Position numbers and translations under genes: made by a program. Below are positions 18,067 to 25,736 of a stretch of 64,000 nt of DNA, piece by piece; position 1 is the first letter of the stretch, and each line of letters opens with the position of its first letter. Under the pieces are notes generated by a model. That model made no database searches, was not told the DNA's origin, and saw only the letters and a program-made list of their open reading frames with translations. The stretch lies in assembly GCA_037134895.1 (NCBI GenBank), contig JBAXLI010000013.1, positions 8,668 through 72,667 on the forward strand. The letters are read 5' to 3'. This stretch comes from Bacteroidota bacterium (GTDB taxonomy: Bacteria > Bacteroidota > Bacteroidia > Bacteroidales > FEN-979).

Positions 18067-19224
18067 TTATTTTCCAAGGTAAATACCAAGTGAATCCGCT
18101 ACCTGGAAAAACATGCTTTCAGAGGGTATCGTTCTTACTTTGTTGATGGCCTCGGCAAGTGGAACGAACTTAATATCCGGAGGAACAAACGCCACCATTA
18201 CCCCGTTTTTACCGGCTTCGAGCGCCTGAATGGCTCCTGCGCCGTAAGCCACACCCAACTGGCGATCGACTGCCGATGGTGCGCCACCCCTGACCCAGGG
18301 GCCGATTACCATTGGAAAAGTTTCTTCGGCTATCCTCAGTTGCAAGCCATCGGCAACTGCCTGTGCTGCCTGGCCTGACTTATGAATAACGAATTCACTA
18401 TTGGAATCACTGGATGCCAAAGGCGATAAAGAAGCTTTGAGAGAGGATACTTTTTCTTCTTGTTTCTTCTGATTCAAAATTTTTGCACCTTGAGCCACTA
18501 CTACCAGGCCCCAGGATTTTTTACCAAGCATTTTATTTTTAAGATGTGTTGCCACATTTTTCAAATCCACCGGAATTTCAGGAATCAGCACTGCATCGGC
18601 AGCAACGGCAATACCGGCCTGTAAGGCAATCCATCCGGCTTCCTCTCCCTGCACTTCGACCACTGCAATTTTATGGGCGGCCTTTGCTGCCAAACGCGCA
18701 CGGTCGAGCATGTCGATAGTAAAAGTAAGCGCCGTGTTGAACCCGAATGACACCGAAGTGGATGCAATTTCATTTTCGATAGAGCGTGGTACGCACACCG
18801 CATTCAATCCTTTTTTGTGAAGCTGGTAAAGAATACTCAGTCCTCTTCCGCCAACTATCGAAATTACAGCATCAATATTTTCTGCTTTTAATTTTACCAG
18901 CAATTCATCCGACATGTCAACTTCCTCCACCATTTCAAGTTCATTGATGGTGCGGACATTGAACGGATCTATCCTGGAAGACTGGCCGAGAACACTGCTT
19001 GTGTTCGGATCCATATTCAATACCCGCGGATCGATTGGAATTAATCCGCCATTGGGGTATTTTTCGGGATGAAGCAAGCCTTCAAATCCATCGCGGATGC
19101 CGACAAGTTCCCATCCCAATTTTCCGGCAGCAAGAGAGGCTCCTGCAACAACGGCATTTATCCCGGGAATGTAGCCGGCGCCTACCATAATGGCAATGCG
19201 TTTTTGTCCTGTATCTGTACTCAT
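18067..19224 (-). CDS. Phosphofructokinase-fold (PfkA family) protein with substituted catalytic residues
   Basis: Colinear with PfkA, but GGDAPGMN is GAGYIPGIN, GGDGS is GGRGL, GTIDND is RSIENE, MGR is QGE and GHxQRGG is GPWVRGG. The comparison is made from memory of E. coli PfkA. Confidence 0.7.
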   Translation of the reverse strand: MSTDTGQKRIAIMVGAGYIPGINAVVAGASLAAGKLGWELVGIRDGFEGLLHPEKYPNGGLIPIDPRVLNMDPNTSSVLGQSSRIDPFNVRTINELEMVEEVDMSDELLVKLKAENIDAVISIVGGRGLSILYQLHKKGLNAVCVPRSIENEIASTSVSFGFNTALTFTIDMLDRARLAAKAAHKIAVVEVQGEEAGWIALQAGIAVAADAVLIPEIPVDLKNVATHLKNKMLGKKSWGLVVVAQGAKILNQKKQEEKVSSLKASLSPLASSDSNSEFVIHKSGQAAQAVADGLQLRIAEETFPMVIGPWVRGGAPSAVDRQLGVAYGAGAIQALEAGKNGVMVAFVPPDIKFVPLAEAINKVRTIPSESMFFQVADSLGIYLGK

Positions 19225-19260
19225 AATTATTTATGATTGATTACTTCTCGTTCTTATGAA

Positions 19261-19293
19261 AAGTAAGGCATGACATATGGTCATGCCTTACTT
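19261..19293 (-). other. Intercistronic perfect 14-bp stem-loop between the GRE and PFK-like genes
   Basis: AAGTAAGGCATGAC, loop ATATG, then GTCATGCCTTACTT. Only a weak U-tract (TTTCAT) follows on the minus strand. Confidence 0.6.
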
Positions 19294-19311
19294 GTAAATC
19301 CTGGTTTTATT

Positions 19312-21729
19312 CTATTCACAACGCTGCAGGGTACGATCGATGATCTCGTTTTGTACACCTACGTGCAGTTTGGTGAAGAATGCGCTGAAACCGGCAACCC
19401 TGACCACGAGATCGCGGTATTTTTCGGGGTGTTTCTGTGCATCCCTGAGGATTTCGGTGTTCAGTACATTGAACTGGATATGGTATCCACCGTTATCAAA
19501 CAGCGTCTTGACCAGACGCAGCACATTATCCCGGCCTTTGCGGGTATCGAGCTGATCCGGTGGAAGCTTCATGTTCATGTGCGTTGCACAATATGCAACT
19601 GCATCAATTCCTTTTGCTCCAGACATTACCAATGCAGTCGGTCCGTTGACATCGGTGCCCGGCATGGCCGAGATACTTCCGTCGGTGAGCGCCACACCGG
19701 CCTTCTTGCCGTTCGGCAGCGCCCCGGTCACCATACCAAATGGGTTGTGGGCACTCTTGGTATAGGCATCGAGCGAGGTCTTGATGTCCTTGCTGATGTG
19801 GTTACCACCGCCATCCACATTGTTAAATGCATGCAAGATGGTGTTGTAAATCCGGCGGACAAACTTGTTTACTTCAGGGATGTCGTTGCCATGCTTGGGT
19901 GCTTCAAAACACATCTTCCCTATTTTAGCATATTCTCCCTCGAAGTTGGCAGCCAGGGCTTTTTTTAGTTCGGCCATAGTCACCTTCTTGTCGTCGTACA
20001 CCAGTTTCTTCACTGCCATCAGCGAGTTGGCCGCATCCACGCCTCCGATGGAGATCTGGGCAACCGTGTAGTAGTTGGCCCCGCCCTCCCAGACCTCTTT
20101 ACCGGTCTCGAGGCATCCGCCGGTCAGGACGGAGCGCCAGGCGCAAGGGAGGAAATCTGCCTGAAGGATGCTTGCAATCCAGGCTGAACGACGAAGCGTG
20201 TCCTCGCAGGCTTGAAGTTGCTTCTCGAATGCGGTATATAGTTCTTCGAAGCTTTTGAAGCTCTCAGGATCCCCGCTCTTGGGTCCTATCTGCTTCTTGG
20301 TGCGGGGATCGAAGCCGTTGTTCATCGTCAACTCGATGATCTTGCCGAGGTTGGGTTGGCCCTCCACCGGGTGACCAGTCTCATAAGGGATGTAGCTTCC
20401 CACACAGGCTCCGACGCAAGTACGTCGGGCTTTCTCTAACGGGAGATAACCATTCCTTTCGGTCCAGCCCCAAAGGTTCAGGGCCCGCTTCAACATCACT
20501 TCGGCATTCACGAACTGAGGCATGCCCATACCAGTACCTATAACATCGAGTACTTTTTCCAGGAATTTGCCGCTCATCTGCTCTGTATAGGCACACGAAA
20601 GCGGAGGTTGCGGCAGAGCGAGATAGGCTGCTGAATCCAGAATCACGTAGTCCATTTCGGCAGTGGCATCTTCACCATTCCCGGTATAACCGCCGAGGGT
20701 GATGCTCTGTCCCAGATCGGCGGAGTTCTGCTTAGCGATTCTCTCGCCATAGTAGTAGCCGATTTCATTCAGCTTGATGGAGAGATTCTGGAACATGTAG
20801 ACAGCATCGTCATAAGTAACAAGCCCGGCGGCCTTGTCGGCCTGATAGAATGGCTCCAGATTCTGTCCCAGGAAGGCTTCAGAGTACCCGCAGCCGATCT
20901 GCTCGAGTTCTGCCACGAGGTGACTGAAGAAGTGACTTTGGATTGCCTCCCTCAGATTCCGGGCAGGATGCTCGGGAACCCATTCGCAGGTTTCTGCAAT
21001 CGCGATCAACTCGGCTTTCCGGGCTTCATTTTTCTCTTTAGCAGCCATCTCCCTTGCCAACCCGGCATAACGATGGGCAAACCGGATCGCTGCTCTCATC
21101 ACGATGAGGGTTCCCTCATAGAAGTAGAACTTGGACATGTTTGGCATACGCATCTCGAGAGCCATCTGCCGTTCCTCTACCTCCTTGATTATGCTGGCAA
21201 GCCCCTCCCGGTAAACCCGCGGGTAGTTAAGATTGCCACCGCCGGCCGGCCAGTCAGAGAACGATCCAAAAAGGCCGGCGTCGGTAGATAGCTTTGGGTC
21301 GTATCCATATCGCTTCTGAAAAATCTCGTCGACCCGGGGTTTCATCGCACGTTTGCCCCAGTAGTCGAGCGCCCACTGGTTGGCCTTCTTATCTTCCGGA
21401 GTCGGCGACTTTTCTACCGTATTCTCTTCTATCATCCAATCCACCTGCCATTCGGGATAGGGGTACATGGCATTGGTCTTGCCGGCCATGGCGCCGACAA
21501 AGAGGTTGTCGTCGATATACAGTTTCTTACGATCCAGAACGGCTGCCAGGAATTTGGCACGTCGGAGTACCTGGTTATCTCCAGTGGTTTCCCCATAGAC
21601 ATCATGCATGATCCTAACCCGCTCGAAGTCGAGTTCAGGCTCCGTGCTCCTGAGTTGTTCTTTCAGCCGGTCGATACGCTTCGTATCGGTGTTGACCTTT
21701 GCTGTGAAAATGTTGCTTTCATTTGTCAT
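19312..21729 (-). CDS. Glycyl radical enzyme (PFL-fold), unassigned subfamily
   Basis: 805 aa from ATG 21729, with AGGAG 8 nt upstream. C-terminal fingerprint VVRVAGFSAFFTK. Candidate thiyl Cys in RRTCVGACVGSYIPYE. N-terminal IDRLKEQL...RAKFLAAVL...LYIDDNLFVG is typical of non-PFL GREs. The track ORF begins 32 codons earlier (21825). Confidence 0.9.
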   Translation of the reverse strand: MTNESNIFTAKVNTDTKRIDRLKEQLRSTEPELDFERVRIMHDVYGETTGDNQVLRRAKFLAAVLDRKKLYIDDNLFVGAMAGKTNAMYPYPEWQVDWMIEENTVEKSPTPEDKKANQWALDYWGKRAMKPRVDEIFQKRYGYDPKLSTDAGLFGSFSDWPAGGGNLNYPRVYREGLASIIKEVEERQMALEMRMPNMSKFYFYEGTLIVMRAAIRFAHRYAGLAREMAAKEKNEARKAELIAIAETCEWVPEHPARNLREAIQSHFFSHLVAELEQIGCGYSEAFLGQNLEPFYQADKAAGLVTYDDAVYMFQNLSIKLNEIGYYYGERIAKQNSADLGQSITLGGYTGNGEDATAEMDYVILDSAAYLALPQPPLSCAYTEQMSGKFLEKVLDVIGTGMGMPQFVNAEVMLKRALNLWGWTERNGYLPLEKARRTCVGACVGSYIPYETGHPVEGQPNLGKIIELTMNNGFDPRTKKQIGPKSGDPESFKSFEELYTAFEKQLQACEDTLRRSAWIASILQADFLPCAWRSVLTGGCLETGKEVWEGGANYYTVAQISIGGVDAANSLMAVKKLVYDDKKVTMAELKKALAANFEGEYAKIGKMCFEAPKHGNDIPEVNKFVRRIYNTILHAFNNVDGGGNHISKDIKTSLDAYTKSAHNPFGMVTGALPNGKKAGVALTDGSISAMPGTDVNGPTALVMSGAKGIDAVAYCATHMNMKLPPDQLDTRKGRDNVLRLVKTLFDNGGYHIQFNVLNTEILRDAQKHPEKYRDLVVRVAGFSAFFTKLHVGVQNEIIDRTLQRCE

Positions 21730-21805
21730 TTTGTTTTCTCCTTTGAATGTTTTTCTTATTTTTTTAAGGATTCTATTGCTTTTTAACTGCTTACTTTGGA
21801 TTTCA

Positions 21806-22345
21806 TCATCTGAGCAATTCTTCAAAATGGATGGCTGTTTGAGCCTGTTTCTCCAGAAGAGTATTTAATTCATTGGCCGTTCTGATCCGCCTTGCAACAA
21901 CCTCGGTCAACCCTTTACGGAAACTCTGGATGGTGTATTTGAAATTATTTTGATCGAAAATTTCGCACTTTACTATATGATCGGTTGGATTATCGCTTTC
22001 CTGTTTACATTCGTGACATGCCCCGTAAAGAGTTGTTATTTCATCTTTAACCGTCTGTGAAGTCCACGTGATCTCTCCATAACCTCCGAATTCATTGTGC
22101 CATAACTGGACCCACCTGCGGAGATCACAGCGCCAGCCTGAAATGGCTACCTGTATAGTATCGTCGATAACTCCTTCCCCCACAGGGACAATCAATCCAG
22201 GTTCGGTTCCCAGGGATGAAAATGTTCCCTGTGTTTTCGGCCAGTTGAAAACAACCTCACGCTGAAATTCCCCGTTTTTGGTAAGTTTGGCAATCCAGCT
22301 TCCCCCAAAAAAGTCACGAAATAATTTTGCCGTTAATTCAGCCAT
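21806..22345 (-). CDS. Hypothetical 179-aa protein with four Cys, first gene of the GRE operon
   Basis: Best start is MAELTAKLF at 22345; the track ORF extends to 22486 across the promoter region. Cys are at residues 73, 110, 113 and 127 (GACHEC). I recognise no family. Confidence 0.5.
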   Translation of the reverse strand: MAELTAKLFRDFFGGSWIAKLTKNGEFQREVVFNWPKTQGTFSSLGTEPGLIVPVGEGVIDDTIQVAISGWRCDLRRWVQLWHNEFGGYGEITWTSQTVKDEITTLYGACHECKQESDNPTDHIVKCEIFDQNNFKYTIQSFRKGLTEVVARRIRTANELNTLLEKQAQTAIHFEELLR

Positions 22346-22398
22346 AATCCTGTATTTATCATGTGTAATCGTAAAAAACAGTATCGATTCCCTTTTGT

Positions 22399-22447
22399 CA
22401 AATGTACCGTGATCTAATACCAGGAACAATACTGACAGTTCTGTATT
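22399..22447 (-). promoter_or_regulatory. Candidate operator plus -7 box of the GRE operon (site S7). Minus strand: AATACAGA-ACTG-TCAGTATT G, then 20 nt, then TACATTTG
   Basis: A perfect TAnnTTTG box is at 22399-22406 (plus strand CAAATGTA) and the palindrome at 22428-22447. Spacing is identical to S1-S4. It lies 54 nt upstream of ATG 22345. Confidence 0.5.
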
Positions 22448-22452
22448 TTTAT

Positions 22453-22460
22453 TACATTTG
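22453..22460 (+). promoter_or_regulatory. Candidate -7 box (TACATTTG) for the LuxR-family regulator gene
   Basis: Matches the Bacteroidota TAnnTTTG consensus. It lies 37 nt upstream of ATG 22497 and only 5 nt from the S7 palindrome. Confidence 0.4.
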
Positions 22461-22496
22461 CAAGAAGTCAAAAGTAGAATAGGCAAATTTCATCTT

Positions 22497-23255
22497 ATGC
22501 ATAATACTCCCTATAGTTACAGCATATTTTTTGATTTTATTGAATCCTACCTGCCATCGGGGTTCCTTGATATTCATGCTGACGATCCTATCATGCTGAA
22601 GCTCGGGAATCTCATGGAAGAGAATGACCAGTTCTTCACTGTTTCAGATCTGGGGCAGATTAAATTCCTGTTTGCCAGTGAACGGATCCGGCAAATGATC
22701 GGGGTAGAGCCAAAAGAGCTTAATCCAGGGCATTTTGTGGAAGTCACCCACCCGGATGATCTGAGCCGGATGGGTTTGTTAAGGGCACAGACATTCATTG
22801 TGGAAAAGGAGGTATTGCAATCAAACAAGGGGAGTGCATTGGTGTCATTCACAATCAGGTTGCGCAATCCGGCCGGAATTTATTCTAATCATCTATGCCA
22901 GGCCTATTTTTTTTATTCTCCGGTTCCACGCCAGGTAGTTTATCTGATCCAGGTTATCAGCAATGTTGGCTGGTTCAAAATGAAAAAACAGGACTATCAC
23001 TATTATAAAGGAAAGGACTTATCCTATTTTAAATATCCTGATGAGGAATTGTTGAAGATGGGACCTCCTTTTTCCCAACGCGAGCTGGAAATCATCAAAT
23101 TGATTGAGGCGGGCCTTAGCAGTAAACAAATCGGGGAAAAATTATTCCTGAGCATGCACACCGTGAATACACATCGTTCCAATATTTTGGAGAAGTCAGG
23201 TAAATCACAAATTTCGGATCTGATTTACCACCTTAAGGAACAGGGACTGCTTTAA
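22497..23255 (+). CDS. LuxR/GerE-family transcriptional regulator with N-terminal PAS-like sensor domain
   Basis: C-terminal HTH: FSQRELEIIKLIEAGLSSKQIGEKLFLSMHTVNTHRSNILEKSG. The N-terminal ~170 aa have a PAS-like pattern (HPDDL...). The track starts at TTG 22458, inside the -7 box; ATG 22497 is preferred. Confidence 0.8.
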   Translation: MHNTPYSYSIFFDFIESYLPSGFLDIHADDPIMLKLGNLMEENDQFFTVSDLGQIKFLFASERIRQMIGVEPKELNPGHFVEVTHPDDLSRMGLLRAQTFIVEKEVLQSNKGSALVSFTIRLRNPAGIYSNHLCQAYFFYSPVPRQVVYLIQVISNVGWFKMKKQDYHYYKGKDLSYFKYPDEELLKMGPPFSQRELEIIKLIEAGLSSKQIGEKLFLSMHTVNTHRSNILEKSGKSQISDLIYHLKEQGLL

Positions 23256-23276
23256 CTATACTCAGTTTTAAAATAA

Positions 23277-24338
23277 TCAGGCTTGCTTCACTTCATTATT
23301 CGAATTAATCCATCCGACAAATAATCTGTATCCAAGCGACATCACAATTGCTCCTGTAAAGAGCCCGATAAATCCGGAGAATATGAATCCGCCGATCACA
23401 CCGATGAAAATTACCACCATGGGAACCGGAGCGCCTTTGCCAAGCATTATAGGAGTAAGTACGTTGTCTGAAAGGGCAACCAGCACCAGGGCAATAGTCC
23501 ATAATATGGCCGGCAGAATGGCTTTCACTGCGAAAAAATAAATAATGATGGGTACCGTGACAATGAATACAGGTAGTTGAAGGACTGCAAAAATAAATGC
23601 GATCAATGCCCATATCCCGGCATAGGGAACCCCTGCCAGAAAGAACACTATTCCATTTAACAAGCCCATCACGAGAGACTCTCCAAGGATCCCTTTTACA
23701 ACGCTTGATACTGTCTTCAGGGTCAAATCAGCAAATTCATCCCCCCTGTCACCTCCAACTTTCCTGAAAAATTTACGAATATTCTCACCTGTGCCACCAA
23801 TCGCCAGCAGAATCCCTGCAATGAAAAGCGAAACCATGATCTGGATTATGCTGCTAAAAGCGCTTAGGAGACCTTGTGCCATTTTTTTACCGAATTCCAG
23901 AAGCTGGTCCTGGTATTTTAGCACGATTGGTTTGATGTCGGTGTCTACATCCTTCCAGAAAGCATAAAATTTTTCCCCGATGACCGGCCATTCTTTTACC
24001 TTTTCTGGTGGGGGAGGAATGCTCAGAGTACCGCTATCATAGCTTACTTTGAGTGCTTTCACTTCATCAAAAAGAGAATCTACCAGTAACCAGGTGGGAA
24101 GGATAATAATGACAAGGATAGAAAAAACAATAATGAAAGAGGCCAGTTTAGGCTTTTCTCCCATCTTCTTTGAAAGACTGCTGTGGAGCGGATAAAGCGC
24201 AAGGGCGAGTACCATACTCCACAGCATGATACTTACAAACGGATACATAATCGCCAGGCACCAGGCAATGATGAGCAAAAGGATGAAAAGCCTGATTGTG
24301 GTGTCGTAAACGGAATTATTTGAAGATTGATTATTCAT
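23277..24338 (-). CDS. AI-2E family transporter (PerM/UPF0118 permease)
   Basis: 353 aa with about 8 TM segments. The characteristic layout has a soluble insertion between TM clusters, and the N-terminal LFILLLIIAW...PLHS region is typical of the family. Confidence 0.7.
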   Translation of the reverse strand: MNNQSSNNSVYDTTIRLFILLLIIAWCLAIMYPFVSIMLWSMVLALALYPLHSSLSKKMGEKPKLASFIIVFSILVIIILPTWLLVDSLFDEVKALKVSYDSGTLSIPPPPEKVKEWPVIGEKFYAFWKDVDTDIKPIVLKYQDQLLEFGKKMAQGLLSAFSSIIQIMVSLFIAGILLAIGGTGENIRKFFRKVGGDRGDEFADLTLKTVSSVVKGILGESLVMGLLNGIVFFLAGVPYAGIWALIAFIFAVLQLPVFIVTVPIIIYFFAVKAILPAILWTIALVLVALSDNVLTPIMLGKGAPVPMVVIFIGVIGGFIFSGFIGLFTGAIVMSLGYRLFVGWINSNNEVKQA

Positions 24339-24444
24339 AAATGCAAGATCAGGTTTCAGGGTTAAATCATTCTTTTATCAGTCCTTTTTGTATCAGTTCA
24401 CTGCGGATGGCTATTATGATTTCATCATTTGTGAATACTACCGG

Positions 24445-25665
24445 CTATCCAATCCGCATTCCAGATGCCAAAGGATCTGCTGCCTGTGGAAGTTTCGATG
24501 TAGTCCTCTTCTTCCATTCATCTTCCAGCAGTTCCCTGGCAGCCTGTTCCAGGAATTCGGGTGCGGACCATTTTCGCACATCGAAATTGTTCTTAATGTA
24601 ACCGTGACTCAGCATGAAGTCCTTCCCTATCTCAACTGAAACCAGGTTCTGCGATGACAGGTTCGGCACCATATCGACAAGCCTGATCCCTTCATAGGTA
24701 TCTTCAACATCACGATAGAAGGTCTGTTTGTCCAGGATGGCTGCTGCAGCATGTTTGTGCTCATTGGCCCAGCGCCCGACTTTGATCATGCCTTTCAGGA
24801 AGGCAACAGCTAATTCAGGGTGCTTTTCTGCCATAACATCGCTGCAGGTGATGGCAGCAGGGATATTGGCCACCTGCAAGGTCCAGTCAGGATACCTCGA
24901 GAGGTCTTCAATGGATTTAAATTTTCCTGTTGTTTCGGAGAGTATACTAAGCACCTTGCTCTGGCTGTACATGGCATCGATTACTCCTTTTTCAAGAGCT
25001 GTTTCCAATGGGCGGAATGCCAGGTCATGTTTATGATCGCGGCGAAGCCATAATTCTGACGGATTTTCCATTTCAGGGCCCATCATTTCAGGTATGTCAT
25101 ACCAATCATCCGGATAAGGGAATTCAACGATCTGAACATCATTCCTTGTCATACCATTTACTCTCAGCATCAGCTCGATTCCCTGCTCTTCCTGGATGCC
25201 CCACCAGTCGGTCTTTATTTTATTCTGGCTCCTGGATAAACCTATCTTTTTACCTTTCAGGTCAGCCATGCGGTATATATCGTCCCTTGAGCGTACGATC
25301 ATCACTCCGCCTTCTTTTGGCACATGTGTCACTCCTAAAAGCCTGGTTCTGCGAATATCTGCCTGTACGTGAATCGGAGGGAACAAGCCGCCAAAGCGGA
25401 TAATATTATCCATATTATGTATGTAGTGAGGATACCAGTCGTTTTCTTTGCGAGCCCGCAGATAAAGGTACTTCACATCCATCTTCTTATATATTTCCTT
25501 GGTCCAGCCCAGTTCCTGGTCTACATTGCTTGCTGAAACCAGCGGACAATTAGTGTAATAAACCTCATTCCAATCCAGCGGCACTGTTTTGAGTTTGCCT
25601 GCCTTTTTCGCATTGGCAATAATTTCTTCCATGGTCGGAGCCGTTCTTGTTGTTTCGTTTGCCAT
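24445..25665 (-). CDS. Cytoplasmic NMT1/SsuA-fold protein resembling DszB (2'-hydroxybiphenyl-2-sulfinate desulfinase)
   Basis: No signal peptide. Blocks match my recollection of Rhodococcus DszB: YTNCP vs YSNCP (catalytic Cys), HYIHNMDNIIRFGG vs HFTYDQPAYTRFGG (His...Arg with the same spacing), RTRLLGVT vs RTRLLGIT, ADLKGKKIGLS vs ADLAGRRIGVS, and WSAPEFL vs WAAPEFL. Confidence 0.6.
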   Translation of the reverse strand: MANETTRTAPTMEEIIANAKKAGKLKTVPLDWNEVYYTNCPLVSASNVDQELGWTKEIYKKMDVKYLYLRARKENDWYPHYIHNMDNIIRFGGLFPPIHVQADIRRTRLLGVTHVPKEGGVMIVRSRDDIYRMADLKGKKIGLSRSQNKIKTDWWGIQEEQGIELMLRVNGMTRNDVQIVEFPYPDDWYDIPEMMGPEMENPSELWLRRDHKHDLAFRPLETALEKGVIDAMYSQSKVLSILSETTGKFKSIEDLSRYPDWTLQVANIPAAITCSDVMAEKHPELAVAFLKGMIKVGRWANEHKHAAAAILDKQTFYRDVEDTYEGIRLVDMVPNLSSQNLVSVEIGKDFMLSHGYIKNNFDVRKWSAPEFLEQAARELLEDEWKKRTTSKLPQAADPLASGMRIG

Positions 25666-25736
25666 AACTGCTTTGCTAGATAATTAGTTACTATATCTTA
25701 TAATACATTGTAATAGTCCACAAACTTTTCCAAAGA

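Noticed and set aside
21730-21825. N-terminal extensions of track ORFs: GRE to 21825, 179-aa protein to 22486, LuxR from TTG 22458, activase to 18089, GH63 to 37324, GH13 to 34542, and 52065 gene from 51798.
   Set aside because: The extensions overlap neighbouring genes or the promoter/operator elements and have non-protein-like sequence. Internal ATGs restore typical family N-termini, and for the GRE and activase they are preceded by purine-rich sites.
17091-22345. The GRE locus as a glycyl-radical microcompartment (GRM).
   Set aside because: No BMC-H, BMC-T or BMC-P shell protein genes, aldehyde dehydrogenase or phosphotransacylase genes occur anywhere in the window.
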